Sequence record: ON528727
From: Shigella phage ESh17
Direction: 5' to 3' (one strand)
DNA length: 64,000 nucleotides
Shown piece after piece: positions 41,170 through 53,500 of this stretch. Each line of letters begins with the position of its first letter. Within the stretch, counting starts at the first letter, position 1. The translations under genes and the position numbers were made by a program. The notes under the pieces are model-generated. The model was not told where the DNA came from. It did no database searches and saw only the letters and a program-made list of their open reading frames with translations.

Positions 41170-43424
41170 TTAATGTTATCAAAAGTAGTGGTGTTTCTCA
41201 GAGCTTTGACCCGCAAAAAATTATTAAAGTTTTATCTTGGGCAGCTGAAGGAACATCAGTAGATCCTTATGAATTATATGAAAACATTAAATCTTATCTC
41301 CGTGATGGAATGACAACTGATGATATTCAGACTATTGTCATTAAGGCTGCTGCGAATTCTATTTCGGTTGAAGAACCTGATTATCAATATGTAGCTGCAC
41401 GCTGTTTAATGTTTGCTCTTCGTAAGCATGTTTACGGGCAGTATGAACCGCGTTCATTTATTGACCATATTTCTTACTGTGTAAATGAAGGTAAATATGA
41501 CCCTGAATTATTGTCAAAATATTCAGCAGAAGAAATTACATTTTTAGAATCAAAAATTAAGCACGAGCGGGATATGGAATTTACTTATTCCGGGGCGATG
41601 CAATTAAAAGAAAAATATCTAGTTAAAGATAAAACCACTGGTCAAATTTATGAAACTCCACAGTTTGCGTTTATGGCTATTGGAATGGCACTGCATCAAG
41701 ATGAACCTGTTGATAGATTAAAACATGTTATCCGTTTTTATGAAGCAGTATCAACCCGACAGATTTCATTGCCAACTCCTATTATGGCTGGTTGTCGTAC
41801 TCCGACTCGACAGTTCAGTTCATGTGTTGTTATTGAGGCAGGAGATTCGTTGAAGTCTATCAATAAGGCTTCCGCTTCAATTGTTGAATATATCTCTAAA
41901 CGCGCTGGAATTGGTATTAATGTTGGTATGATTCGTGCCGAAGGTTCTAAGATTGGCATGGGTGAAGTACGCCATACTGGTGTTATTCCTTTTTGGAAAC
42001 ATTTTCAGACTGCAGTTAAATCATGTTCACAGGGTGGAATTCGTGGCGGCGCTGCTACTGCTTATTATCCTATTTGGCATTTGGAAGTTGAAAATCTTCT
42101 CGTTTTGAAAAATAACAAAGGCGTAGAAGAAAACCGCATCCGTCATATGGATTATGGTGTTCAGTTGAATGATTTGATGATGGAACGATTTGGAAAGAAC
42201 GATTACATTACTTTGTTCAGTCCGCATGAAATGGGTGGCGAGCTTTATTATTCTTATTTTAAAGACCAAGACCGTTTCCGTGAATTATACGAAGCAGCAG
42301 AAAAAGACCCTAATATTCGTAAAAAGCGTATTAAAGCCCGTGAACTATTTGAATTGCTCATGACTGAACGTTCAGGAACAGCAAGGATTTATGTACAGTT
42401 CATTGATAATACGAATAACTATACTCCGTTTATTCGTGAAAAGGCACCTATTCGTCAAAGTAACTTGTGCTGTGAAATTGCTATTCCAACAAATGATGTG
42501 AATAGCCCTGATGCTGAAATTGGGTTGTGTACTCTCTCTGCATTTGTGTTGGATAACTTCGATTGGCAAGACCAAGATAAAATTAATGAATTGGCAGAAG
42601 TTCAAGTTCGTGCTCTTGATAATCTTTTGGATTACCAAGGATATCCAGTTCCTGAAGCAGAAAAAGCTAAAAAGCGTCGAAACCTTGGTGTAGGTGTTAC
42701 TAACTATGCAGCTTGGCTGGCAAGTAACTTTGCTTCTTATGAAGATGCTAACGATTTAACACATGAACTATTTGAGAGATTACAGTATGGACTCATTAAA
42801 GCATCCATTAATCTCGCCAAAGAAAAAGGACCTTGCGAATATTATTCAGACACTCGTTGGTCTCGAGGCGAATTACCTATCGACTGGTACAATAAAAAGA
42901 TTGACCAAATCGCAGCTCCAAAATACGTTTGTGACTGGTCGTCGCTGCGGGAAGACCTTAAGCTCTTTGGCATCCGTAATAGCACATTATCAGCACTTAT
43001 GCCATGTGAGTCATCTTCCCAAGTTTCTAACAGTACAAACGGTATCGAGCCTCCACGTGGACCAGTCTCTGTTAAAGAATCAAAAGAGGGCTCCTTTAAT
43101 CAAGTCGTGCCCAATATTGAGCATAACATAGACCTCTATGATTATACATGGAAATTAGCTAAGAAAGGTAATAAACCTTATCTTACGCAGGTAGCTATTA
43201 TGCTGAAATGGGTTTGTCAATCAGCTTCGGCGAATACATACTATGACCCGCAGATTTTTCCAAAAGGAAAGGTTCCAATGTCAATAATGATTGATGACCT
43301 TTTGTATTTTTGGTATTTTGGCGGAAAAAATTTCTATTATCATAATACCCGTGATGGTTCTGGTACTGATGATTATGAAATAGAAACTCCAAAAGCTGAA
43401 GATTGTTCATCCTGTAAATTATGA
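41160..43424 (+). CDS. nrdA: ribonucleotide reductase large subunit NrdA
   Basis: 754 aa; ATP-cone N-terminus and catalytic Cys motifs. Confidence 0.95.
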   Translation: MQLINVIKSSGVSQSFDPQKIIKVLSWAAEGTSVDPYELYENIKSYLRDGMTTDDIQTIVIKAAANSISVEEPDYQYVAARCLMFALRKHVYGQYEPRSFIDHISYCVNEGKYDPELLSKYSAEEITFLESKIKHERDMEFTYSGAMQLKEKYLVKDKTTGQIYETPQFAFMAIGMALHQDEPVDRLKHVIRFYEAVSTRQISLPTPIMAGCRTPTRQFSSCVVIEAGDSLKSINKASASIVEYISKRAGIGINVGMIRAEGSKIGMGEVRHTGVIPFWKHFQTAVKSCSQGGIRGGAATAYYPIWHLEVENLLVLKNNKGVEENRIRHMDYGVQLNDLMMERFGKNDYITLFSPHEMGGELYYSYFKDQDRFRELYEAAEKDPNIRKKRIKARELFELLMTERSGTARIYVQFIDNTNNYTPFIREKAPIRQSNLCCEIAIPTNDVNSPDAEIGLCTLSAFVLDNFDWQDQDKINELAEVQVRALDNLLDYQGYPVPEAEKAKKRRNLGVGVTNYAAWLASNFASYEDANDLTHELFERLQYGLIKASINLAKEKGPCEYYSDTRWSRGELPIDWYNKKIDQIAAPKYVCDWSSLREDLKLFGIRNSTLSALMPCESSSQVSNSTNGIEPPRGPVSVKESKEGSFNQVVPNIEHNIDLYDYTWKLAKKGNKPYLTQVAIMLKWVCQSASANTYYDPQIFPKGKVPMSIMIDDLLYFWYFGGKNFYYHNTRDGSGTDDYEIETPKAEDCSSCKL

Positions 43425-43475
43425 TATAATTTGACTCACGGACGAGTCACCAACTATTAACTAAGCGGAAAATTT

Positions 43476-44654
43476 ATGAGCACAGTTTTTAATACAAATC
43501 CAGTTGATGTTTTAAAAGAACCTATGTTTTTTGGTTCAGGTCTTGGTATTGCGCGTTATGATATTCAACGTCATAAAGTTTTTGAAGATTTAACCGAAAA
43601 GCAATTATCATTTTTCTGGCGTCCTGAAGAAGTAAACTTGATGATGGATGCTGCACAGTTTAATAAGCTTCCTCAGTATCAGAAAAATATTTTTACTAAT
43701 AATCTGAAATATCAATCACTTTTGGATAGCATTCAGGGTCGTGCGCCGTCTGCTGTACTTATGTCATTAATTTCAGACCCAAGCCTTGATACATGGGTTG
43801 CTACGTGGACTTTTAGTGAAACTATTCACAGCCGTTCATATACACATATCATGCGAAATCTTTATACTGATCCATCGAAGGTGTTTGATGAGATTGTATT
43901 AGATGAAGCTATTATGAAACGTGCTGAATCCATTGGACGTTATTATGATGATGTTCTGATTAAAACTCGTTATTGGGAAAACGCTAAAGCTGATATCAAA
44001 TACCAAAAAGAAATTAATGCAGACGAAGACGTTATTGAAGATGCTATTGAGCATGAGACATATTGGAAGCATGAGCTAATGAAATCTCTTTACCTCTGTT
44101 TGCATGTAATCAACGCATTGGAAGCTATTCGTTTTTATGTATCTTTCGCATGTACCTTTAACTTCCATAAAAACATGGAAATCATGGAAGGTAATGCCAA
44201 GATTATGAAGTTCATTGCGCGCGATGAGCAACTTCACCTTAAAGGCACTCAATATATTATTCGTCAGCTTCAATCCGGTACTGATGGTGATGAATGGGTT
44301 AAAATTGCTCAAGAGTGTGAACAAGAAGCAGTTGATATTTTCATGGAAGTTAACCGCCAAGAAAAAGATTGGGCGGTTCATTTATTTAAAGATGGCGATG
44401 TTCCTGGATTAAATACAAATAGCATGTGGAGCTTTATTGATTACTTAACTGTATCTCGTATGAAACAGTGTGGTCTTCCATGCCCAATTACCGATGCTCC
44501 GGTTAAACATCCATATCCTTGGATTCGTGAATATCTTAATTCTGATAATGTTCAATCCGCGCCACAAGAAGTAGAACTGTCATCTTATCTTGTTGCACAG
44601 ATTGATAATGATGTTGATGATAAAGTTATGATGAGTTTTAAAAAATATTTTTAA
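43476..44654 (+). CDS. nrdB: ribonucleotide reductase small subunit NrdB (intron-less)
   Basis: 392 aa contiguous ORF. Confidence 0.95.
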   Translation: MSTVFNTNPVDVLKEPMFFGSGLGIARYDIQRHKVFEDLTEKQLSFFWRPEEVNLMMDAAQFNKLPQYQKNIFTNNLKYQSLLDSIQGRAPSAVLMSLISDPSLDTWVATWTFSETIHSRSYTHIMRNLYTDPSKVFDEIVLDEAIMKRAESIGRYYDDVLIKTRYWENAKADIKYQKEINADEDVIEDAIEHETYWKHELMKSLYLCLHVINALEAIRFYVSFACTFNFHKNMEIMEGNAKIMKFIARDEQLHLKGTQYIIRQLQSGTDGDEWVKIAQECEQEAVDIFMEVNRQEKDWAVHLFKDGDVPGLNTNSMWSFIDYLTVSRMKQCGLPCPITDAPVKHPYPWIREYLNSDNVQSAPQEVELSSYLVAQIDNDVDDKVMMSFKKYF

Positions 44655-44658
44655 GGAG

Positions 44659-44678
44659 TGGGCCGCAAGGCCCATTTT
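44659..44678 (+). terminator. hairpin + T-tract between nrdB and denA
   Basis: tgggccgcaaggccca + tttt. Confidence 0.55.
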
Positions 44679-44681
44679 ATT

Positions 44682-46269
<1,588 letters not shown>

Positions 46270-46272
46270 GCT

Positions 46273-46330
46273 GTTTACAAGTCCCTCGTGTTGTGTTATA
46301 GTAGTCTTACTGACATAACATGAGGACTTT
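46273..46330 (+). promoter_or_regulatory. early-type promoter plus SD-sequestering hairpin (copy 1)
   Basis: gtttac 46273-46278, tatagt 46297-46302; gtccctcgtgtt...aacatgaggac. Confidence 0.5.
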
Positions 46331-46837
46331 ATGATGGATTTGCAGCTTATTACTACTGAAATGGTCGTTGAAGCATACGGTGATACTACAGATGGGATTT
46401 CTGTATTCAAAGGAAATCGTCGAGTTGGATATATCACCGATCTTAAGAAAGATTTAGCTAAGCAAGTCAAGCGGAAAACGACCATTAAAGAATATCGAAA
46501 TCGTCGTCTTGAGCAAGCTCGTGATATGCTTCCTGATGCGGTTGAAGAGATGAAAGTCTTTTTAGAAAATCAACTCGCTAAGTATGATTGTGATGTGTTC
46601 ATTAATCAGACTCAACCTAATGTTCATATTAACAACTGTAAATGCTATATCATCGTTAATCCTTTAACGGGAAAACATCGTCTTGGAATTAGTAATCCAA
46701 ATCGTAGCGCATCGGATATGGCAGAAGATGTTGAGGCATGCTTTAAAATTTCTAAATCTCCTGCTGAACATCATATTTTAATTAACGGTCTTTCTCAAGA
46801 CGATATTATAGAGGTTATTAAAACTTTATGCAATTAA
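46331..46837 (+). CDS. alc: Alc-like protein (host transcription shutoff)
   Basis: 168 aa; size and position between rnlA and pseT as in T4. Confidence 0.65.
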   Translation: MMDLQLITTEMVVEAYGDTTDGISVFKGNRRVGYITDLKKDLAKQVKRKTTIKEYRNRRLEQARDMLPDAVEEMKVFLENQLAKYDCDVFINQTQPNVHINNCKCYIIVNPLTGKHRLGISNPNRSASDMAEDVEACFKISKSPAEHHILINGLSQDDIIEVIKTLCN

Positions 46838-47181
46838 GTAATACGACAGCAGGTTTGCTATTACTTGTAATAGTATTTGGCGGAACATCTATTATTTTAA
46901 AAAATAAGGTAGAAAGATTAGAAACATCGGTTACTGAAATTACAAAAACGGCCAATGAAAACGCCTTAGCATTAAATAATTTGCGAATTCAGTATAATTA
47001 TATTGATGCGATGAATAATAAAAATCGTGAGGCAATTGCTGCTATTGAGCGTGAAAATGAAAAACTGCGCAAAGACGCAAAGAAGGCGGATGTGGTGGCT
47101 CATAAGCCAGGATTGGTTGAAAAACAAATCAACAACTCCTTCAACAAGTTCGCAGAAGACATCCAGGACCTTTCTAAATGA
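46828..47181 (+). CDS. hypothetical membrane-anchored coiled-coil protein
   Basis: ORF track; N-terminal TM segment. Confidence 0.5.
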   Translation: MQLSNTTAGLLLLVIVFGGTSIILKNKVERLETSVTEITKTANENALALNNLRIQYNYIDAMNNKNREAIAAIERENEKLRKDAKKADVVAHKPGLVEKQINNSFNKFAEDIQDLSK

Positions 47182-47477
47182 TTAAACTATCAGCAGTAAT
47201 ATTATCTATTGGTCTTCTAGTTGGTTGTTCTACAAAGCCTCTAGAAGTAAAGAAAGAAACAGTTCATCCTAATTGGCCTGTACAAATAAAGTCATATGAC
47301 GAAGCTAAACTATCTTGGCAAGTTAAAGTTATCGATGGTAAAGCTTGGGTCGGTATGCCATTTGAAGATTCTCAGGAATTTCGTATTTGGCTTAATGATG
47401 TAAAACGATATGTACATGACCAGAAAACTATGATATGCTATTATCGTCAAGAGTTAAAAGAGGATAAATGTAAATGA
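47178..47477 (+). CDS. putative lipoprotein (99 aa)
   Basis: Signal peptide with lipobox LLVGCS. Confidence 0.5.
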   Translation: MIKLSAVILSIGLLVGCSTKPLEVKKETVHPNWPVQIKSYDEAKLSWQVKVIDGKAWVGMPFEDSQEFRIWLNDVKRYVHDQKTMICYYRQELKEDKCK

Positions 47478-47701
47478 TTTCATGGCATCAATTTGAACAT
47501 CTCAAAGGATTGATTTATGAATCCGAGATGGCTGCAATGATTTATGGACGCCAGATTCAGCGGTTAGAATCTTTACCTCCAACTAATGATGTTTTATTAG
47601 CTCAATCACGTGCTAATCTCAAAAATGAATATCAAAATAAGTGGGGTAAAGCATCTAAAGACCTGTATGATTATATTCAATCATTGGTTGAGGAAAAATA
47701 A
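47474..47701 (+). CDS. hypothetical protein (75 aa)
   Basis: ORF track. Confidence 0.5.
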   Translation: MISWHQFEHLKGLIYESEMAAMIYGRQIQRLESLPPTNDVLLAQSRANLKNEYQNKWGKASKDLYDYIQSLVEEK

Positions 47702-48908
<1,207 letters not shown>

Positions 48909-48909
<1 letters not shown>

Positions 48910-49106
48910 TGGCTTTGCACCATGAAACTTGGGCTATTATTATTGTAAATAGTGGTTTAGTCGGTACTAGTAATGGACAATTTTGTGTATTCACTAGTGA
49001 AATCAGAGCATGGGAGGAATGTCTTAAATTAAGAGAAAAGAATCCCGATGTTGAACTAACAGTAAAGAAAACTAAACTGCCTTTACCATGGAAAACTTAT
49101 GAATAA
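48909..49106 (+). CDS. hypothetical protein (65 aa)
   Basis: Track ORF 48879 trimmed to ATG overlapping pseT stop. Confidence 0.45.
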
Positions 49107-49299
49107 CCTAGAAAAGATTTATCGTCTTTGTGATAAAATTGAAAAAGAAAAGAAATATCTATTTTGTCTATGGCCTATTGTTAACGGAAGATTAGGCCTA
49201 GATGTTCTTGATTATGAAACAGAAGACAAAGTAGATGGTTCAACTTTTGATAATGCATTGGATGTTATTGATTGGCTTGAAGAAAATTATGTGAGGTAA
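49099..49299 (+). CDS. hypothetical protein (66 aa)
   Basis: ORF track. Confidence 0.45.
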   Translation: MNNLEKIYRLCDKIEKEKKYLFCLWPIVNGRLGLDVLDYETEDKVDGSTFDNALDVIDWLEENYVR

Positions 49300-49301
49300 A
49301 T

Positions 49302-49577
49302 ATGTTTCCGACTTATTCTAAAATCGTAGAAGTAGTGTTTAGCCAAATTATTGCTAATAATATGTTTGAAAAGCTTGATAACGCAGCCGAGCTTCGAATT
49401 CATGCTCAAGTGACTCATGTATTGAACACTTTGCTTCCAGACCAGGTGGATTCTATTGCAATTACGCTATATCCAGGTTCCGCGCATATCATTGTTGTAT
49501 TCGGTCTTGATGCTGAGTTAGTTATCAAAGGCGACATTCGTTTTGAATCGCAGACAGCAGAATTCAAAGCAATTTAA
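49302..49577 (+). CDS. hypothetical protein (91 aa)
   Basis: ORF track. Confidence 0.5.
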   Translation: MFPTYSKIVEVVFSQIIANNMFEKLDNAAELRIHAQVTHVLNTLLPDQVDSIAITLYPGSAHIIVVFGLDAELVIKGDIRFESQTAEFKAI

Positions 49578-49579
49578 TA

Positions 49580-49609
49580 GTTTACTTTACGGTAGAGTTG
49601 TGATATTAT
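49580..49609 (+). promoter_or_regulatory. T4 early-type promoter with -10 inside a hairpin
   Basis: gtttac 49580-49585, tattat 49604-49609, inverted repeat ggtagag/ctctacc. Confidence 0.55.
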
Positions 49610-49638
49610 AGCTCTACCAAACAAATGAGGAAAACAAA

Positions 49639-49878
49639 ATGCTGCTAAGTGAAAAACCAATTACTGTTAAAGAATTCCAAGAAAAAGTTAAACTATTTGC
49701 GCAGGAATTAGTAAATAAGGTTTCTGAACGATTTCCTGAAACATCGGTTCGTGTTATTACCGAAACTCCTCGTTCAGTATTAGTAATTGTGAATCCAGGT
49801 GATGGCGATCAAATATCGCATCTTAAATTGGATTTTGATGGATTAGTTGAAGCACAAAGGGTGTATGGCGTACTATGA
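49639..49878 (+). CDS. hypothetical protein (79 aa)
   Basis: ORF track. Confidence 0.5.
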   Translation: MLLSEKPITVKEFQEKVKLFAQELVNKVSERFPETSVRVITETPRSVLVIVNPGDGDQISHLKLDFDGLVEAQRVYGVL

Positions 49879-50213
49879 TGAATTTAACTGATATAATTGA
49901 TAATTGTCTTGAAAATGATGCTGGCGATCATAGAGCGCTTGATTCTGAAACAGCACAGTTCATTAGAATAACTTTAATGAATGATACTCTGGTGAATAGT
50001 ATTCATCCTTCTGTGTATGATGCTATTATTGTGACGAAGTATCCAGTTGAGCTTCACAAAAAGATGGTTGGCGCAATTTTTATTGATAAGAAAAACCGCT
50101 TTAAAGATGGGCAGAATATAATTAGTTCTGTTATTAAAAGTATAACTAAACTTCGTCACGAAATTTATCGTGTTGAAACTGCTAAATCTGCTTATCTGGT
50201 GATTATGAAATGA
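49875..50213 (+). CDS. hypothetical protein (112 aa)
   Basis: ORF track. Confidence 0.5.
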   Translation: MMNLTDIIDNCLENDAGDHRALDSETAQFIRITLMNDTLVNSIHPSVYDAIIVTKYPVELHKKMVGAIFIDKKNRFKDGQNIISSVIKSITKLRHEIYRVETAKSAYLVIMK

Positions 50214-50791
50214 AAGCGAGTACAGTACTTCAAATTGCATATTTAGTATCACAGGAATCAAAATGTTGCTCCTGGAAGGTAGGAGCAGTAATTGAAAAGA
50301 ATGGACGTATTATTTCTACTGGGTATAATGGTTCCCCAGCAGGGGGTGTGAACTGTTGTGATTATGCTGCTGAGCAAGGTTGGTTGTTGAATAAGCCTAA
50401 ACACACTATCATTCAAGGTCATAAGCCTGAATGCGTATCATTTGGTTCAACTGATCGTTTTGTTTTGGCGAAAGAACATCGTAGCGCTCACTCTGAATGG
50501 TCGTCTAAAAATGAAATTCATGCTGAACTAAATGCAATTTTGTTTGCTGCACGAAATGGTTCTTCTATTGAAGGTGCTACTATGTATGTAACACTTTCTC
50601 CTTGCCCAGATTGCGCAAAAGCAATAGCTCAATCTGGTATTAAAAAGCTGGTTTATTGCGAAACATATGATAAAAATAAACCTGGCTGGGATGATATTCT
50701 GCGAAATGCAGGTATTGAAGTGTTTAATGTTCCTAAGAAAAACTTGAATAAGTTAAATTGGGAAAATATCAACGAATTCTGTGGTGAATAA
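50210..50791 (+). CDS. cd: dCMP deaminase
   Basis: 193 aa; zinc-binding HAE...PCxxC deaminase motifs. Confidence 0.9.
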   Translation: MKASTVLQIAYLVSQESKCCSWKVGAVIEKNGRIISTGYNGSPAGGVNCCDYAAEQGWLLNKPKHTIIQGHKPECVSFGSTDRFVLAKEHRSAHSEWSSKNEIHAELNAILFAARNGSSIEGATMYVTLSPCPDCAKAIAQSGIKKLVYCETYDKNKPGWDDILRNAGIEVFNVPKKNLNKLNWENINEFCGE

Positions 50792-51027
50792 TGAAATTTC
50801 GTTTGGTAAAGCTTACAGCAATTAGTTCTTATTCTAACGAGAACATCTCATTTGCTGTAGAGTATAAGAAATATTTTTTCTCTAAATGGAAACAGTATTA
50901 TAAAACTGATTGGACTAGTATTGATAGACCGTATAGTTGGAAATCTGATTTAGAAAAATGCCAAAAATTACTTTCCACCCTTAAAGAACGTGGAACAACT
51001 CATATTAAAACTGTAATAGGTAAATAA
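50791..51027 (+). CDS. hypothetical protein (78 aa)
   Basis: ORF track. Confidence 0.5.
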   Translation: MKFRLVKLTAISSYSNENISFAVEYKKYFFSKWKQYYKTDWTSIDRPYSWKSDLEKCQKLLSTLKERGTTHIKTVIGK

Positions 51028-51336
51028 ATGAAACTGACAACTGAGCAGAAAGTAGCAATTCGTGAAATTTTGAAAACTAAACTGTCCATGGGTGTTTCAA
51101 ACGTAGTTTTTGAAAAGTCTGACGGTACTATTCGTACTATGAAAGGTACTCGTGATGCAGACTTTATGCCAACCATGCAAACTGGTAAATTGACTGAATC
51201 TACTCGGAAAGAATCTACTGACATGATTCCAGTATTTGATGTTGAGCTTGGTGCGTGGCGAGGTTTTTCTATTGACAAATTGATTTCCGTTAATGGTATG
51301 AAAGTTGAGCATTTGCTTCAATTTATTGGTAAATAA
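51028..51336 (+). CDS. hypothetical protein (102 aa)
   Basis: ORF track. Confidence 0.5.
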   Translation: MKLTTEQKVAIREILKTKLSMGVSNVVFEKSDGTIRTMKGTRDADFMPTMQTGKLTESTRKESTDMIPVFDVELGAWRGFSIDKLISVNGMKVEHLLQFIGK

Positions 51337-51337
51337 A

Positions 51338-51362
51338 TGCTTTAAGAATTATTTGTTATTAT
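51338..51362 (+). promoter_or_regulatory. MotA-dependent middle promoter for gene 31
   Basis: MotA box aaaTGCTTTA 51338-51344, 12-nt spacer, tattat 51357-51362. Confidence 0.55.
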
Positions 51363-51392
51363 TAATTCATCTGTTAACAAAAAGGAAAAACG

Positions 51393-51728
51393 ATGTCTGA
51401 AGTACAACAGCTACCAATTCGTGCTGTCGGTGAATATGTTATTTTAGTTTCTGAACCTGCACAAGCCGGTGATGAAGAAGTTACAGAATCAGGACTTATT
51501 ATCGGTAAACGTGTTCAAGGTGAAGTTCCTGAACTGTGTGTAATTCACTCTGTTGGTCCTGATGTTCCTGAAGGTTTCTGTGAAGTTGGTGATTTGACTT
51601 CTCTTCCAGTTGGTCAAATTCGAAACGTTCCACATCCTTTTGTAGCTCTGGGTCTTAAGCAGCCAAAAGAAATTAAGCAAAAATTCGTTACCTGTCACTA
51701 TAAAGCTATTCCGTGTCTTTATAAGTGA
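51393..51728 (+). CDS. 31: co-chaperonin gp31 (GroES analogue)
   Basis: 111 aa; matches remembered T4 gp31. Confidence 0.9.
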   Translation: MSEVQQLPIRAVGEYVILVSEPAQAGDEEVTESGLIIGKRVQGEVPELCVIHSVGPDVPEGFCEVGDLTSLPVGQIRNVPHPFVALGLKQPKEIKQKFVTCHYKAIPCLYK

Positions 51729-51736
51729 TATAAATA
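51729..51736 (+). promoter_or_regulatory. late promoter TATAAATA downstream of gene 31
   Basis: Exact TATAAATA. Confidence 0.4.
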
Positions 51737-51875
51737 ATAATATGAATTGGGTGTCGGAATAATAAGTTAACCGAACAATTCTATGTGGTAGTCTACAACT
51801 GAGAGATCTGTCGAAAGAAGATGAAATTCAGAAGAACGTGACTACCGAGTTTTAATCTCTAACGAGAATTTTTAA

Positions 51876-52124
51876 ATGATTAAACAATTACAACACGCTC
51901 TTGAACTGCAACGAAACGCATGGAATAATGGTCACGAAAACTATGGCGCATCTATTGATGTTGAAGCCGAAGCTCTTGAAATCCTGCGTTATTTTAAACA
52001 TCTGAATCCTGCTCAAACTGCATTAGCTGCTGAGCTTCAGGAAAAAGATGAACTTAAATATGCTAAGCCTCTGGCTTCTGCTGCACGAAAAGCAGTTCGT
52101 CACTTTGTGGTAACACTGAAGTAA
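51876..52124 (+). CDS. rIII: rIII lysis-inhibition accessory protein
   Basis: 82 aa; size and position as T4 rIII. Confidence 0.8.
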   Translation: MIKQLQHALELQRNAWNNGHENYGASIDVEAEALEILRYFKHLNPAQTALAAELQEKDELKYAKPLASAARKAVRHFVVTLK

Positions 52125-52368
52125 TTTATTGGAGATTCACTGCCTTAGTGTGAGCTAAAATCGAGGAGCCGTCGAACTGTCTGATTAATGATTTGCGAAT
52201 CATTATAGTTTTAAGACCCCGGCAGTTTTACGGTGTACCTCTTGAATGTGAATGATGACGGGTTTATGGTTATCCTGTCGGTAAATATACAAAACCTAAG
52301 TACCCCCTTGAGGGCTTGCGCAGGCAATGCCAATAAGTCCTGCATTTTCATTTAAAAGAGAATTTATA

Positions 52369-52545
52369 ATGGCAAAACAAGTTAAAGCAAAGAAAGCAGT
52401 TGAAAAGAAAGTTGGTGATTCTAAACGCGCTGGCTACAAGCGTGGGTCGAACTCTCGTATCAATCAAACTGTTGAGAAGATCATGCGCCGAGCACGTGCG
52501 GTTCTTCGAGATGATGCTTCTCGTTTTGGTAAGCAGAAAGCATAA
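52369..52545 (+). CDS. hypothetical highly basic protein (58 aa from ATG)
   Basis: Track ORF 52327 trimmed; K/R-rich MAKQVKAKKAVEKK... Confidence 0.45.
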   Translation: MAKQVKAKKAVEKKVGDSKRAGYKRGSNSRINQTVEKIMRRARAVLRDDASRFGKQKA

Positions 52546-52550
52546 GTTGA

Positions 52551-52574
52551 GGACTCCTTCGGGAGTCCTTTTTT
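52551..52574 (+). terminator. intrinsic terminator (same hairpin as soc terminator)
   Basis: ggactccttcgggagtcc + tttttt. Confidence 0.75.
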
Positions 52575-52598
52575 ATTTTCCAAAGATTGCATAAAGTT

Positions 52599-52628
52599 GT
52601 TTACAGTATAGTTCCTTTGTGATAGTAT
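52599..52628 (+). promoter_or_regulatory. T4 early-type promoter
   Basis: gtttac 52599-52604, tagtat 52623-52628. Confidence 0.55.
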
Positions 52629-52655
52629 TATCTTACACAAACAAAGGAGAATAAA

Positions 52656-53024
52656 ATGAAAATCAATCTTAACTCATACATCAAAGGTAAAGATCACGAC
52701 GGCTATAAAGCTATCGAAACTAAAGAACTTCAGTGGCACTTATACAAAGAACAATTTGAATTTGTAAGTTGCATGACTCCTGAAGGTCCTTCTGATGATT
52801 TCTCTTGGAAAATAATGTTAACTAACTTTTTTACTGGAGATACATACGAATTGAAAACTTTGATTATTGGTAAAATTCGTTGTGAGACTTATGAAGATAA
52901 AGAAACTGGTTACTCTGAAGATGTTACGTGGTATCAAAATGGTCGTATTACCGCTGACCTCTTGATTGAAAAAATGAAAGCCAAAGGTGAATTAAATTTA
53001 GATAATTGGATTAAAGTTGCATAA
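52656..53024 (+). CDS. hypothetical protein (122 aa)
   Basis: ORF track. Confidence 0.5.
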   Translation: MKINLNSYIKGKDHDGYKAIETKELQWHLYKEQFEFVSCMTPEGPSDDFSWKIMLTNFFTGDTYELKTLIIGKIRCETYEDKETGYSEDVTWYQNGRITADLLIEKMKAKGELNLDNWIKVA

Positions 53025-53028
53025 AATA

Positions 53029-53057
53029 GTTTACTTTGGTACAGGATATGATATTAT
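53029..53057 (+). promoter_or_regulatory. T4 early-type promoter with -10 inside a hairpin
   Basis: gtttac 53029-53034, tattat 53052-53057, inverted repeat ggtacagg/cctgtacc. Confidence 0.55.
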
Positions 53058-53093
53058 ATACCTGTACCGCAATTAAACATCTTGGAGAATAAA

Positions 53094-53459
53094 ATGAACT
53101 ACATCAACTTTGAACGTAAATATGTTTCTAATGGTATTGCAGGTTCTATTGATACTATCTGCCTTTGGAAACATCAAAATGGATCAGTATGCGAAATTGA
53201 ACAGTATATGACTCCTAACTACGTTTATATGCGATTTGAAAATGGAATCACGGTTTCAATCACAATGGAAGGTTCAAACTTCAAAATCGCTCTGGATGAT
53301 GATTTTCGTCAACGTGATTTAGGGACTCATCCTTGCTGGAATGGTGCTAATCGCAAGCTTTTGGTTAAAACTTGGATTCGTCATATTCTGAGTAATAGAG
53401 CTAAACCTGAGCATCTTGAAGCAATCTTTGATGTAGTTCTTAACGAATTTGATATTTAA
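53094..53459 (+). CDS. hypothetical protein (121 aa from ATG)
   Basis: ORF track (TTG 53082) trimmed to ATG 53094. Confidence 0.5.
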   Translation: MNYINFERKYVSNGIAGSIDTICLWKHQNGSVCEIEQYMTPNYVYMRFENGITVSITMEGSNFKIALDDDFRQRDLGTHPCWNGANRKLLVKTWIRHILSNRAKPEHLEAIFDVVLNEFDI

Positions 53460-53469
53460 AATAAAATGA

Positions 53470-53483
53470 GGGGCTTCGGCCCC
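53470..53483 (+). other. UUCG-tetraloop hairpin (no T-tract)
   Basis: ggggcttcggcccc. Confidence 0.4.
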
Positions 53484-53500
53484 TTGCTGAGGAAAATACT

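Noticed and set aside
39745-44654. Group I introns or homing endonuclease genes in td / nrdB
   Set aside because: Both genes are single uninterrupted ORFs of full length; no intron-sized insert or endonuclease motif seen.
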